A DNA stretch of 64,000 nt, from the NCBI GenBank assembly GCA_964394145.1, contig CAYMVL010000034.1:58660-122659 (forward strand), written 5' to 3'. The notes under the pieces were generated by a model, which saw only the letters and a program-made list of their open reading frames with translations, had not been told where the DNA came from and did not search any database. The stretch's first letter is position 1. The number at the start of each line of letters is the position of its first letter. Below, in pieces: positions 18,493-29,035 of the stretch. This DNA is from an uncultured Dehalococcoidales bacterium (GTDB lineage Bacteria; Chloroflexota; Dehalococcoidia; GIF9; AB-539-J10). Both the position numbers and the translations under genes were made by a program.

Positions 18493-20979
18493 CTAACTCC
18501 ATTCAGCGTAATCAGATAGCGCTCGGCTTAGCTGTTGCTTTAACAGCCGATGTTCAACCTCCTTCAAATCAGGGTCGTTTCGGAAAAGTGTTATCGCCTC
18601 CTGGCGGGCCAGCTCCAAGAGCCGTAAATTAGACAGCTTAGCTATCTTAAGGGGAGGCAAACCGCTTTGCTGCGTGCCAAAGAACTCGCCGGGCCCCCTT
18701 AGTTCCAAGTCCTTTTCAGCAAGTGCGAAGCCATCATTAATTTTCTCCATCAGCTGAAGGCGGCTCTTGACTTCGGGCGTGAGCTTTTCCGAGATAAGTA
18801 TACAGTAGCCCGGTTCCTTACCTCGCCCCACCCGACCTCTGAATTGGTGGAGCTGTGATAAACCAAAGTGGTCAGCGCCTTCGACCAGGATTGTTGAAGC
18901 TTTAGGCACATCAATACCAACTTCCACTACCGATGTCGACACCAGGATATCAAGCTGCCCGGTACGGAAACTGCGCATTATACTCTCTTTTTCAGCGCTA
19001 TGCATCTGCCCGTGCAGTAATCCCAGCTTCAAATACGGAAAGACCTCTCTGGATAGTCGTTCGTACTCAGTAGTAGCAGCTTTCGCCTCGAGTGATTCCG
19101 ATTCTTCCACTAAAGGGCAAATAATGAAAACCTGTCTCCCAGCTTCAACCTGCTTTCGAAGGAAGTCATAAGCCTTACCCCTATAGCGTGCTTCCAGACA
19201 TTTAGTTTTCGCTACTTGCCTTCCGGGGGGCAACTCATCGATAACGGAGAGGTCGAGATCTCCGTACAACGTCAACGCCATGGTGCGAGGAATAGGTGTA
19301 GCCGTCATAACCAGCACATGCGGGTTAAATCCTTTCTGGCGCAAAGCAGAGCGTTGCAGCACGCCAAAACGATGTTGCTCATCTATCACCGCCAGACCTA
19401 AGTTAGCGAATTCCACTTCCTTTTGAATGATAGCGTGGGTGCCGATAACAATATCAAGTTCGCCTTGTTTGATTCGATTATGCAAGTCCTCTTTCTCGCT
19501 GGTGCTAAGGCTTCCAACAAGCAGAGCAATAGCGAGAGGCCTTGAAAGAAATTGTGCATAGGATCTGATATTATGGCTCTTCTTCTGTTCGCTGCTGGCC
19601 TTAGTTAAATAAGCACAGATGTTGTCAAAATGCTGCTCTGCCAGCACCTCAGTGGGTGCCATCAAGACTCCTTGATAACCGTTTGACACAGCTATCAGTA
19701 GAGCCAGGGTTGCAATCACGGTCTTGCCACTACCCACATCTCCCTGAAGAAGGCGGGACATAGCTCTGCCCTGTTTCAAATCGGATAAGATTTCCCAGAG
19801 CACCCGTTCCTGGGCAGGAGTTAAACTGAAAGGCAGGCAAGATAAAAATCTGTCAATAATCATCCGGTCTATCCGAAAAGCATTGCCCGGCTTGCTTTCT
19901 TGCCAATCCCGTTTTCTGGATAAGACAGCTAACTGAAGAAGAAATAGCTCATCGAAAGCCAATCTCTCCCTTGCTTTCTCCGCTAGTGCCTGGTTATCAG
20001 GATAATGAATCTGTGTTATGGCATCAAGGAGGTCTAGTAGCTGGCACCGATTCCTTGTCTCCCGGGGCAAGAACTCATCCGTTCGCCAGGCCCAGCCATC
20101 AATGGCTTCCTTAACCCATTTCCTCACCCGTCGGGCTGCTAGTCCTTGAGTAAGAGGATAAACAGGAACTAGACGGCCGGTATGAATGAGTTCCCTGTCT
20201 TTGAGCAATTCCCACTCAGGGGATTCAAACACCTTCTGTCCTTTGAATACGCCTACGGTGCCACTAAGTACCAGCCGGGCATTGGTAGGGAAGCCCTTGG
20301 CCAGATAAGGCTGGTTAAACCAGACGGCTCTTATATTTCCTGTTTCATCGCCTACGATTGCCTCAGTTCCACGCTTACGGCCAAAGGTAGCTACTCTCGC
20401 CTGCCATATCGTGGCTATCACAGTCTGTTCCTCACCTTCCTTTAGCTCAGCGATGAGTCTGCTCTGGCTGTAATCGATATATCTTCGAGGATAAAGGTAG
20501 AGTAAATCAGCAATGGTCCTCACATCCAGCTTGGCGAATTTAGTAGCTACGTTAGGTGTAATGCCTCTGATTATTGTTATGGGCGAATCTAATCCTGTAC
20601 TGGCCACTTCGGTTCTTCGGGGGCTCTGCTTCTGGGGCTGCGGCTTAGCTTGATCCAGCACTCCCTCGTTGTTCCTTTTGCTCGAAGAGACAGCAGAGAC
20701 AAGGCTATTGTTCCCTGCTTCTAACCTGCTTATCAGATCGAGAATGTCTTTCACCCAGACCCTGCGTTCATTAATACTGAGAGAACTATAATCAGAGTTA
20801 GCCAGGTCGAGTAGATCGAAACTGGCCAGGAGTTGCGGGTTGCTTCTGGCTATAGCCTGCCTGATTGAACCTGCCTGGTTTCTCAGGTACATATCCAACC
20901 CGCCCATTACTGCTCTGTTGGTATAAGCTTTTTTGCACTCCAGCTCAAGAACATTCCGCAGCAAATCAATGCTTGCCAT
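18493..20979 (-). CDS. recG: ATP-dependent DNA helicase RecG (with about 130-aa N-terminal extension)
   Basis: Helicase motifs GDVGSGKT, DEQHRFG and wedge domain. 828 aa. Confidence 0.85.
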   Translation of the reverse strand: MASIDLLRNVLELECKKAYTNRAVMGGLDMYLRNQAGSIRQAIARSNPQLLASFDLLDLANSDYSSLSINERRVWVKDILDLISRLEAGNNSLVSAVSSSKRNNEGVLDQAKPQPQKQSPRRTEVASTGLDSPITIIRGITPNVATKFAKLDVRTIADLLYLYPRRYIDYSQSRLIAELKEGEEQTVIATIWQARVATFGRKRGTEAIVGDETGNIRAVWFNQPYLAKGFPTNARLVLSGTVGVFKGQKVFESPEWELLKDRELIHTGRLVPVYPLTQGLAARRVRKWVKEAIDGWAWRTDEFLPRETRNRCQLLDLLDAITQIHYPDNQALAEKARERLAFDELFLLQLAVLSRKRDWQESKPGNAFRIDRMIIDRFLSCLPFSLTPAQERVLWEILSDLKQGRAMSRLLQGDVGSGKTVIATLALLIAVSNGYQGVLMAPTEVLAEQHFDNICAYLTKASSEQKKSHNIRSYAQFLSRPLAIALLVGSLSTSEKEDLHNRIKQGELDIVIGTHAIIQKEVEFANLGLAVIDEQHRFGVLQRSALRQKGFNPHVLVMTATPIPRTMALTLYGDLDLSVIDELPPGRQVAKTKCLEARYRGKAYDFLRKQVEAGRQVFIICPLVEESESLEAKAATTEYERLSREVFPYLKLGLLHGQMHSAEKESIMRSFRTGQLDILVSTSVVEVGIDVPKASTILVEGADHFGLSQLHQFRGRVGRGKEPGYCILISEKLTPEVKSRLQLMEKINDGFALAEKDLELRGPGEFFGTQQSGLPPLKIAKLSNLRLLELARQEAITLFRNDPDLKEVEHRLLKQQLSRALSDYAEWS

Positions 20980-21026
20980 TTTGAAGTTGTTTCATTTCAT
21001 TCGCAGCTAACATCTGACATAAGTGA

Positions 21027-21863
21027 CTATTCTGATTCAAGCACGGAAACGCCTAAAACATGAGGGCCAACGTGCGTGCCTACCACCGGGCTTATCCTGG
21101 AACGATAGACAGACTCTTGACGGACTATGCCACTCAGTTGCTGGGCTAATATCTCTAATTCATCAGGGGTATTAGCATGCTCAATAGCTAAAGCTTCGAT
21201 ATTACTAAAACCCTTGACAAAATTCACCAGGAAGCTTATCGCTTGAGCCCGGCTGCGAAGCCGGGCAAAGGGAAAAGTGTCTCCATCCTTTATTCCCAGG
21301 ACCGGGTTTAGCTTCAGCAAGCTGCCAAGGAAAGCCTGTGCCTTGCCGATACGTCCACCCCTTCTTAAATAGTCCAGGGTGTCGAAGCTCATGCGTACAT
21401 GTACTCGTGAAATCGCGTTTCGCAACCAGTCAACGATCTGGTATAAGTCAGCTCCTGATTTAGCCATCTGGTTCGCAAGAATTACCAGGAGCATCTGCCC
21501 GCCTATTGCTACTCGAGAATCAACAACCTCAATACGGCAATCGTTGCCGATCATGGCTTTGCCCTGAATCGCACTGCCGTAAGTGCCGCTAAATGTGTGA
21601 GAAGCCATTATAGCCAGGATTTCTCCTGTCCCTTCAGCCAGTTCACTAAAAAGTCCAGCAAAGAAATCAGGGGTCACGGTTGAAGTAGTAGGGATGGTCT
21701 TGCTTCTTGCTAGCCTCTGGTAAAATTCCTCGGTGCCTATATCAACATTATCACGATAAGACTCACTACCAAATTGGACATACAATGGGACCACGGTAAT
21801 ACCAAGGCTCTGGGCCAGCTGTGGAGTAATATCGGAGAGGCTATCAGTTACAATCTTAACCAT
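21027..21863 (-). CDS. DegV family fatty-acid-binding protein (second paralog)
   Basis: MVKIVTDSLSDI...; DegV fold. Immediately downstream of yloV, in the arrangement conserved in Firmicutes and Chloroflexi. Confidence 0.85.
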   Translation of the reverse strand: MVKIVTDSLSDITPQLAQSLGITVVPLYVQFGSESYRDNVDIGTEEFYQRLARSKTIPTTSTVTPDFFAGLFSELAEGTGEILAIMASHTFSGTYGSAIQGKAMIGNDCRIEVVDSRVAIGGQMLLVILANQMAKSGADLYQIVDWLRNAISRVHVRMSFDTLDYLRRGGRIGKAQAFLGSLLKLNPVLGIKDGDTFPFARLRSRAQAISFLVNFVKGFSNIEALAIEHANTPDELEILAQQLSGIVRQESVYRSRISPVVGTHVGPHVLGVSVLESE

Positions 21864-21881
21864 CTTTCTGGAGCTTCAAAA

Positions 21882-23510
21882 TTATTCCAGTGAGATTATA
21901 TAATCGTAGTGTGGTTGACCACCGTGAATTAGCTCGACCTCCACTTGGTATCTACTGCCGATTCCTTGAGCGATCTCTTCAGCTTCACTGATCTGAACCC
22001 CCGCTCCATAATACATGGTTGCTATCTCCATGTTTTCAGCTTCCGCTACCCTCAGGGCTTCAAAAATAGCATCTGACACCCTATCGCTGTTAGCTATCAA
22101 ACGCTCATCATCCAAAATGGCAATGAACTGACCTTTCTTGATTGTCAAGCCGTAAAGCTGGGTCTTACGCACAGCTCTAGTAATCTCTATTGTCTTCACC
22201 CGGGTTATCGCCTCATCCATACTTTGAGCATTTTCTTCCAAATTCATGTCATAATTGAAAGCTAGGAATGCTGCAACGCCTTGTGGGATAGTCCTGCTAG
22301 GCACAACTCTGACACTCTTCGAGGTTAAAGACTGGACTTGCGAAGCTGTGAGTATGATGTTCTTGTTATTAGGCAAGAGTATAACCTTGTCCGATGGAGC
22401 TGATTCCACAGCTTGCAAGAGCTCACGAACGCTGGGATTCATAGTCTGCCCTCCGGGGACTACGATGGCGTTGCCCAAGCTGCTGAATACCTCAAAAAGT
22501 CCGTCTCCAGAGGCAACTGTTATTAGAGAGATATCGACCATGGGGATTCTCTCCCTTTGCATCTTAATGAATTCAACATACTGGTCATCCATATTACTTA
22601 TTACTATCTGGTGCAGCTTGCCCAGACGCGTAGCATACTGAAGGACCTCTCCAGGGGCAAAGCTATGAATATGTACCCTGATTAAGCTGTCGCTACCGGT
22701 AACCATGAGAGACTGTCCTTTTTTGCTCAGGTCCTTTCTGATCTTACCCGGATTGAGACCCTGCCCTTCCACAACAAAATTAGTGCAATATCCGTAAGGC
22801 ATTTCCGGCGCTGTGGCCATTGAGGCTGACCTGGGGGCCAGTGCCGGCTCGGCAGCTACTATCGAAGGTGTCCAATACTCTATCTTCTGTGCATCACCCT
22901 TGAGGAAATGGAGGGCGCCCTCCAGCAAAACATAGAGGCCCTGCCCGCCAGCATCTACTACTCCGGCCTTCTTCAGCACTGGGAGCAAGCTAGGGGTACG
23001 GGCTACTGAATTCTGAGCCGCTCTTGCGGCAGCTTCCATTACTGAGACCAGCGTATGATCGTTTTCGCACGCTGTTTCAGCGGCGATAGAAGCATCCTTG
23101 AGTACAGTCAGAATAGTACCCTCCACAGGGTTGACAATACCTTCATAGGCAGTTTGTGATGCTGCAGTCAGTGCACTGGCAAGCTGTCTGCCATTACAAT
23201 GAGTCCTACCCTGTAACCCCTTAGCCAAACCACGCCAGAATTGAGACAGAATTACACCTGAATTGCCTCGGGCTCCCATCAGAGAACCATAGGCCATTGA
23301 TTTTGCTACTGAAGAAACATCGCTGTCTGAAGTCCGGTTTGCCTCCTCCATAGCGGACTTCATGGTCAGCAACATGTTAGTTCCGGTGTCACCATCGGGA
23401 ACAGGGAAAACATTTATGGCATTGATATCGGGAGTGCTTTTCTCGAGCCATGCGGTCGCTGAAGCAAACATGCCTTTCAGTATTTGTCCGTCAACTAATT
23501 CAGGCTCCAC
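21882..23510 (-). CDS. yloV: DAK2-domain fusion protein YloV (dihydroxyacetone-kinase-like)
   Basis: N-terminal Dak2 domain (DGDTGTNM). 542 aa. Confidence 0.85.
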   Translation of the reverse strand: MEPELVDGQILKGMFASATAWLEKSTPDINAINVFPVPDGDTGTNMLLTMKSAMEEANRTSDSDVSSVAKSMAYGSLMGARGNSGVILSQFWRGLAKGLQGRTHCNGRQLASALTAASQTAYEGIVNPVEGTILTVLKDASIAAETACENDHTLVSVMEAAARAAQNSVARTPSLLPVLKKAGVVDAGGQGLYVLLEGALHFLKGDAQKIEYWTPSIVAAEPALAPRSASMATAPEMPYGYCTNFVVEGQGLNPGKIRKDLSKKGQSLMVTGSDSLIRVHIHSFAPGEVLQYATRLGKLHQIVISNMDDQYVEFIKMQRERIPMVDISLITVASGDGLFEVFSSLGNAIVVPGGQTMNPSVRELLQAVESAPSDKVILLPNNKNIILTASQVQSLTSKSVRVVPSRTIPQGVAAFLAFNYDMNLEENAQSMDEAITRVKTIEITRAVRKTQLYGLTIKKGQFIAILDDERLIANSDRVSDAIFEALRVAEAENMEIATMYYGAGVQISEAEEIAQGIGSRYQVEVELIHGGQPHYDYIISLE

Positions 23511-23615
23511 TTACTATTCTCCTTGCCTACTGAAGTTGCCACCGCAACTTTAGTATGATAGCATTACTATGATAACCGAGGTATCATTTATAGTAAAGGG
23601 GGTTCAAACTCACCC

Positions 23616-23798
23616 GTGAAGTGTGAAATTTGTGGAAAAAGAGTGCAGTTTGGTAATAACGTAAGTCACTCCAAAAGACATACTAAGAGACGCTGGTTGC
23701 CTAACATCCACCGAGCTACAATTGTCGTGGATGGGGCGAAAAGAAAAGTCAATATCTGCACTCGATGTCTTCGCACTCACTATAAGGCGTCCAGTTAA
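23616..23798 (+). CDS. rpmB: 50S ribosomal protein L28
   Basis: 60 aa, GTG start. CEICGKR..GNNVSHS..TKRRWLPN is the canonical L28 pattern. Confidence 0.85.
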   Translation: MKCEICGKRVQFGNNVSHSKRHTKRRWLPNIHRATIVVDGAKRKVNICTRCLRTHYKASS

Positions 23799-23817
23799 TC
23801 CGAAATTCTTGTTCGGG

Positions 23818-24483
23818 TTAGCTTATTGCCTCCCTCATTCTCCGTAGCGATTCGTTTATCCCTTCCTTGGCTTTAAAGACGCTGTTCCCCGCTGCCAGAA
23901 CATTAGCTCCGGCTTCTACTATGCTATGCGCATTATCAATATTGATGCCTCCATCAACTTCAAGTTCAATGGCCAGGTTCTTATCATCGAGAATCTTACG
24001 GAGGCGACTTATCTTGCTGAGTGACTCCGCAATAAAAGTCTGCCCTCCAAAGCCAGGATTGACGCTCATCACAAGAATCAAATCCACCTGAGACATGACC
24101 TCGTCTATGGTGCTTAAGGGGGTGGCTGGGTTCAAAGCCACACCCACCTTTATGCCCAGTTCTTTTATAGACTGAATTGTCTTATGCAGGTGGGAGCAGG
24201 CTTCCACATGCACAGTTAGAATATTGGCACCGGAGCTGGCGAACTGAGAGATATAGCAGTCCGGGCGCTCTATCATTAAATGCACATCTAAAGGCAGGTG
24301 AGTCCAGGTCCGTAGCGAAGCCACTACGGAGGCACCAATAGTGATATTGGGCACAAAATGCCCATCCATGACGTCAACGTGGATATAGTCAGCTCCTGCC
24401 CTGGTGGCTTCAGCGACCTGCTCCCCAAGACGACTAAAATCGGCGGAAAGAATTGATGGTGCCAGTTTAACATGCATACCCAT
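23818..24483 (-). CDS. rpe: Ribulose-phosphate 3-epimerase
   Basis: 221 aa; SILSADF, HVDVMDGHFVPN motifs. Confidence 0.9.
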   Translation of the reverse strand: MGMHVKLAPSILSADFSRLGEQVAEATRAGADYIHVDVMDGHFVPNITIGASVVASLRTWTHLPLDVHLMIERPDCYISQFASSGANILTVHVEACSHLHKTIQSIKELGIKVGVALNPATPLSTIDEVMSQVDLILVMSVNPGFGGQTFIAESLSKISRLRKILDDKNLAIELEVDGGINIDNAHSIVEAGANVLAAGNSVFKAKEGINESLRRMREAIS

Positions 24484-24491
24484 AGCTACTA

Positions 24492-25850
24492 CTATATTAG
24501 CTCCTTCGCCTTCTTCAGCGCCATTTCGACCTGTTCCGGGGAAGTGCCCCCTATGCTGTTCCGAGCGGCTGCGGATGATTTCAAGGTTATGTTATATACG
24601 TCTTCGGCGAATAGGGGAGACAACTCGTGGTATTCTTTCAAGCTCAGCTCATGAAAACCCTTGCCTGTATTTGAGGCATATTCGCCCAGCTTAGCTACTA
24701 CTCCATAGGCTTCGCGGAATGGCAGGCCTCTCTTTACCAGGTAGTCGGCTATATCGGTAGCTAATAGGTAATCCTTTCTAATAGCCTGGCTAATACGCCT
24801 GGCATCGACCCTGACTGTCTTTACCATCTCAGCAAACACTGATAAGCTGGCATCTAAGGTATCCACGGTATCAAAGAGTCCTTCTTTGTCCTCCTGCAAA
24901 TCGCGGTTGTAAGAAAGAGGTAGAGCTTTCATAGTAATCAGAAGGCCCAGAAGGTTGCCATAGACTCGCCCGGTTTTCCCTCTGGCTAGCTCAGCCACAT
25001 CGGGATTTTTCTTTTGAGGCATAATGCTTGAGCCTGTGGTAAAGGCTGCTCCAATTTCTAGGAAGCCAAACTCAGACGATGACCATAAAACAAGCTCTTC
25101 AGCCCACCTCGAAAGGTGCATCATTGCCAGGGCAGCTATTGCTTCAAATTCTATCACAAAATCTCTGTCTGAGACCGCATCAATGCTATTAGTGCTCACT
25201 CTGGCGAAACCCAGTTCCCGGGCAAGAAATTCTCGGTCCACAGGGTACGAAACGCCAGCTAAGGCACCGCTACCCAGAGGCAAGACATCAACTCGTTTAA
25301 GGCAGTCATATAATCGCTCTTTATCTCGCTGAAACATCTCGAAATAGGCCAGCAAGTGGTGTGCTAGAAGAATTGGCTGTGCCTGCTGCAAATGAGTATA
25401 GCCAGGCATGATGACATCTTTATTTGCTTCGGCTAATTCCACCAGCGAACTTTGCAAGGTTTTTATTCTGTCAACGGTTCTTAGAATCTCTTCTTTGACG
25501 AACAGGCGTAAATCCAAAGCTATTTGGTCATTTCTCGACCTTGCGGTATGTAGTTTCCCTGCTACATTACCTATCTTTTCGAACAGTCGCGCCTCAATGT
25601 TCATATGTATGTCTTCAAGTTCAGCTTTGAATTGAAACTTCCCATGCTCGACTTCCTCGCGGATAGAGATAAGTCCCTTCGTTATAGCCTCAGCATCGCT
25701 GTCAGCTATTATTCCCTGCTTTGACAGCATCCTCGCGTGAGCGACCGAACCGGTGATGTCCTCGCGATATAATCGCTGGTCAAACGGGATAGAGGCAAGA
25801 TATTTTCTTGTTAGCTCACTCTTGTTCTTCAGCATTACCCTTTTGCTCAA
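24492..25850 (-). CDS. argH: Argininosuccinate lyase
   Basis: Fumarase/ASL signature SRNDQIALDLRL... GSSIMPQKKNPD. Confidence 0.9.
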   Translation of the reverse strand: MSKRVMLKNKSELTRKYLASIPFDQRLYREDITGSVAHARMLSKQGIIADSDAEAITKGLISIREEVEHGKFQFKAELEDIHMNIEARLFEKIGNVAGKLHTARSRNDQIALDLRLFVKEEILRTVDRIKTLQSSLVELAEANKDVIMPGYTHLQQAQPILLAHHLLAYFEMFQRDKERLYDCLKRVDVLPLGSGALAGVSYPVDREFLARELGFARVSTNSIDAVSDRDFVIEFEAIAALAMMHLSRWAEELVLWSSSEFGFLEIGAAFTTGSSIMPQKKNPDVAELARGKTGRVYGNLLGLLITMKALPLSYNRDLQEDKEGLFDTVDTLDASLSVFAEMVKTVRVDARRISQAIRKDYLLATDIADYLVKRGLPFREAYGVVAKLGEYASNTGKGFHELSLKEYHELSPLFAEDVYNITLKSSAAARNSIGGTSPEQVEMALKKAKELI

Positions 25851-27042
25851 ATAGCAATTGTGCCTGAGCTTGAGTTCTTACGGGCAGCCCCCAGATATGG
25901 ATGAAACCAGGAGAAGCGCTCTGGTCGAAGGCATCGCCTTTATCATAAGTAGCCAGGCTGTAATCATAAAGAGAATATGGCGATTTCTTACCTACTATCT
26001 GGCAACTGCCTTTGAAAAGCTTGACCCTGATACTGCCGGTGACGTATCTCTGTGTGCTTTCCACATAAGAAGCCAGGTCCTGTCGCATACCTGTAAACCA
26101 CAGCCCGTTATAAACAAGGTCGGCATACTCAGTAGCTACTTTGGCCTTGAAGCGCAGCTGTTCCTTAGTCAGCACGAGATTTTCTAGCGCCTGGTGGGAT
26201 TCAAGGAGAACCACAGCTGCCGGCGCCTCGTAAACCTCCCTTGATTTTATGCCCACAAGCCTATTCTCCACGTGGTCAATTCGCCCAACACCATGCTCAC
26301 AGGCTAGCTGATGGATTCTGTGGACAAGAGTCACAGCATCCAATTCTTCGCCATCAAGGCTTACCGGGATCCCCTTATCAAAGCCAATCACCACATAAGC
26401 AGGCTTCCCGGGGGCTGCTTCAGGAGACTTTGTCCAGAGAAAGACGTCATCGGGAGCTTCATTCCAGGGATCCTCCAGGACGCCGCATTCAATGGCTCTT
26501 CCCCACAAGTTCTCATCAATCGAATAAGGGCTGGCCTTAGTAATAGGGATAGGGATATTATGCAATTGAGCATAGGCAATTGTCTCTTCCCTGGTCATAT
26601 TCCATTCTCTAGCCGGGGCTATTACCTTAAGTTGAGGGGCCAAGGCTGCTACGCTGACATCAAACCTTACCTGGTCGTTCCCCTTGCCGGTGCAGCCATG
26701 GGCCACCGCTTTGGCGCCCTCCTTTTCAGCCGCCTCCACCAGGAGTTGGGCCATAAGAGGCCGTCCCAGAGCAGTGGCTAGAGGATATTGATTTTCGTAG
26801 CATGCGTCGGCCTGAAGAGCGGGGAAGGCAAAGGACTTAATGAATGGTTCTCTGGCATCAATCACCAATGCCTTTATGGCCCCTACGGCAAGTGCTTTTC
26901 GTTTAATAGCCTCAAGGTCAGCTACATTACCCACATCCACTGTGAAGGCGATTACATCCATATCATACCGCTCTTTGAGCCACTTTATGGCTACCGAAGT
27001 ATCCAGACCGCCGCTATATGCCAATACTACTTTATCCGACAT
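25816..27042 (-). CDS. argG: Argininosuccinate synthase (start placed at the internal Met of MSDKVVLAYSGGLDTS; the ORF as listed extends to 27072)
   Basis: PP-loop AYSGGLDTS. The internal start removes the overlap with argD. Confidence 0.9.
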   Translation of the reverse strand: MSDKVVLAYSGGLDTSVAIKWLKERYDMDVIAFTVDVGNVADLEAIKRKALAVGAIKALVIDAREPFIKSFAFPALQADACYENQYPLATALGRPLMAQLLVEAAEKEGAKAVAHGCTGKGNDQVRFDVSVAALAPQLKVIAPAREWNMTREETIAYAQLHNIPIPITKASPYSIDENLWGRAIECGVLEDPWNEAPDDVFLWTKSPEAAPGKPAYVVIGFDKGIPVSLDGEELDAVTLVHRIHQLACEHGVGRIDHVENRLVGIKSREVYEAPAAVVLLESHQALENLVLTKEQLRFKAKVATEYADLVYNGLWFTGMRQDLASYVESTQRYVTGSIRVKLFKGSCQIVGKKSPYSLYDYSLATYDKGDAFDQSASPGFIHIWGLPVRTQAQAQLLFEQKGNAEEQE

Positions 27043-28285
27043 GTTTACTCCTTGCTTTCTCGGCCAAGACATCCTGCAAAATGCTAATGGCCTTGTCTAC
27101 TTCCCTTTCAGTTATAATGAGTGGAGGCATGAATCGAAGCGTTGTTGGCTTCACCCTGTTAACCAGGAAGCCCTTGTCGATGCAAGCCATCACCACCTCT
27201 TCAGCAATTTCGCTATCAAATTCCAAAGCTACCAGTAACCCTCGACCTCTTACTTGAGTGATAAACTCGAATTGGCGCTTTAGATTTTCAAGCTTGGTCA
27301 TAAAATATTTGCCCACTTGCTCTACCCTTTGGGGGATATTGTTCTCGATGATATACTTCAGGGCAGCATAAGCAGCCGCACAGGCTAACGGGTTGCCACC
27401 GAAGGTAGAGCCATGTTCGCCCGGGGAGAAAAGGGAAAACTCTTCTTTGGCCAGAAATGCGCCGATGGGCACACCGCTGCCTAGCCCCTTAGCCAGTGTC
27501 ATTATATCCGGTTCTAAGTTATATTGCTCATAGGCGAAAAGCTTTCCCGTTCTACCTATTCCTGTCTGTATCTCATCGAGAATGAACAGGATTCCTTTCT
27601 GGCGACACCAGCTTTGCACTTTGTGCAAATAGTCGTCATCGGGTACGTTGACTCCCCCTTCTCCCTGGATCGGCTCCAGTATCACTGCACAAGTTTGCTC
27701 ATCAGTTGCCTGTTCAATTGCCTCAACGCTATTATAATCAACGTTAACAAAGCCAAGGGGCAGAGGTATATAGGGGTCCTGAAATTTGCTCTGTCCGGTC
27801 GCAGCAGTCATGGCCAGAGTCCTACCATGAAAAGAGCTATAAGTAGATATGACTTTGTAGGCGCCGTTGAGGTGGAGTCTGCCGTACCTGCGGGCCAGTT
27901 TAACAGCTCCTTCATTAGCTTCAGCGCCGCTGTTACAGAAGAAGACCCTATCAAGGCAACTGTGTCCTACCAGAAGGCGCGCCAACTCTATCTGTGGGAT
28001 AGTATAGAACTGATTTGATGCTTGGATTAGAGTCTTGGCTTGCTTTTCCAGAGCCTTGACTACCACCGGAGGACAATGTCCCAGACTGTTTACCGCCCAA
28101 CCACCAACGAAGTCAAGATACTCTCTGTTATGGTCGTCCCATGCCAAAGCACCTTTTCCCCGAACCAGCGTTACAGGGACTCTGGCTGCCGTCCTCAGAA
28201 ACAATTGTTTCTCCAGCTCCTGCCAATTATCCTCGTACAATGGTTGTCCCTCCTGATTGAGATTGTGTCGTTCTGCTTCCAACAA
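27032..28285 (-). CDS. argD: Acetylornithine aminotransferase
   Basis: Class III PLP aminotransferase; DEIQTGIGRTG lysine-region motif. Confidence 0.85.
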   Translation of the reverse strand: MLEAERHNLNQEGQPLYEDNWQELEKQLFLRTAARVPVTLVRGKGALAWDDHNREYLDFVGGWAVNSLGHCPPVVVKALEKQAKTLIQASNQFYTIPQIELARLLVGHSCLDRVFFCNSGAEANEGAVKLARRYGRLHLNGAYKVISTYSSFHGRTLAMTAATGQSKFQDPYIPLPLGFVNVDYNSVEAIEQATDEQTCAVILEPIQGEGGVNVPDDDYLHKVQSWCRQKGILFILDEIQTGIGRTGKLFAYEQYNLEPDIMTLAKGLGSGVPIGAFLAKEEFSLFSPGEHGSTFGGNPLACAAAYAALKYIIENNIPQRVEQVGKYFMTKLENLKRQFEFITQVRGRGLLVALEFDSEIAEEVVMACIDKGFLVNRVKPTTLRFMPPLIITEREVDKAISILQDVLAEKARSKHVG

Positions 28286-29027
28286 CGCTGAGCAAATTAT
28301 GAGACATTCTGCCGTCGATGATATGAACGGCGGACACCGTCGCCAGAGCTCTAATGCTAGCTTCCAATTTTGGGATCATCCCGCCTGTAGCTATGTCGGA
28401 CTCGAGCAGCACCTTGGCCTCTGTGGTATTGAGCTTAGATATTACTCTGCCGGATGCATCCTGGACACCATCAACGTCGGTAAGGAAGATAAGCTTCTCG
28501 GCAGCCAACACAGCCGCGATTTCACCAGCAGCAGCGTCTCCATTAACATTAAGCAACATTATCTTGCCCTCGACTGAGCCGAAACTTACGGGCGCCACCA
28601 CCGGCATGTAGTCTTCTTTCAGCAATAGCTTCAATACGGTGGGATCGACGGCTACAATCTCCCCTACATAACCTAGCTCCGGACTTTTGCTGATTGCCCG
28701 GAGCAAATTGCCATCACAACCACTGACACCTACAGCCTTAGCTCCCAAAGCCTGAATTGCTACTACTAATTCTTTATTAACCAGGCCACCCAGGACCGCC
28801 GTTACCACCTTTAAGCTATCAGCATCGGTAACCCTCAGGCCATTTATGAAGCTTGTGGAGATGCCAAGGCGGGAAAGCCAGTCGGAACTCATTTGGGCAC
28901 CACCATGAACCACCAGAGGGGAATTCCCCTGCCTTTGAAGCTCCACCAGGTCCTCTAAAGTGGTGTCATGCTTGCCCAGCGTACTGCCACCAATCTTTAC
29001 TACTATTGTCTCTCTTGGCAAAGTCAC
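28227..29027 (-). CDS. argB: Acetylglutamate kinase
   Basis: VVKIGGSTLG amino-acid kinase N-terminus. 266 aa. Confidence 0.9.
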   Translation of the reverse strand: MTLPRETIVVKIGGSTLGKHDTTLEDLVELQRQGNSPLVVHGGAQMSSDWLSRLGISTSFINGLRVTDADSLKVVTAVLGGLVNKELVVAIQALGAKAVGVSGCDGNLLRAISKSPELGYVGEIVAVDPTVLKLLLKEDYMPVVAPVSFGSVEGKIMLLNVNGDAAAGEIAAVLAAEKLIFLTDVDGVQDASGRVISKLNTTEAKVLLESDIATGGMIPKLEASIRALATVSAVHIIDGRMSHNLLSVVGSRTTQSQSGGTTIVRG

Positions 29028-29035
29028 CCTCTGTT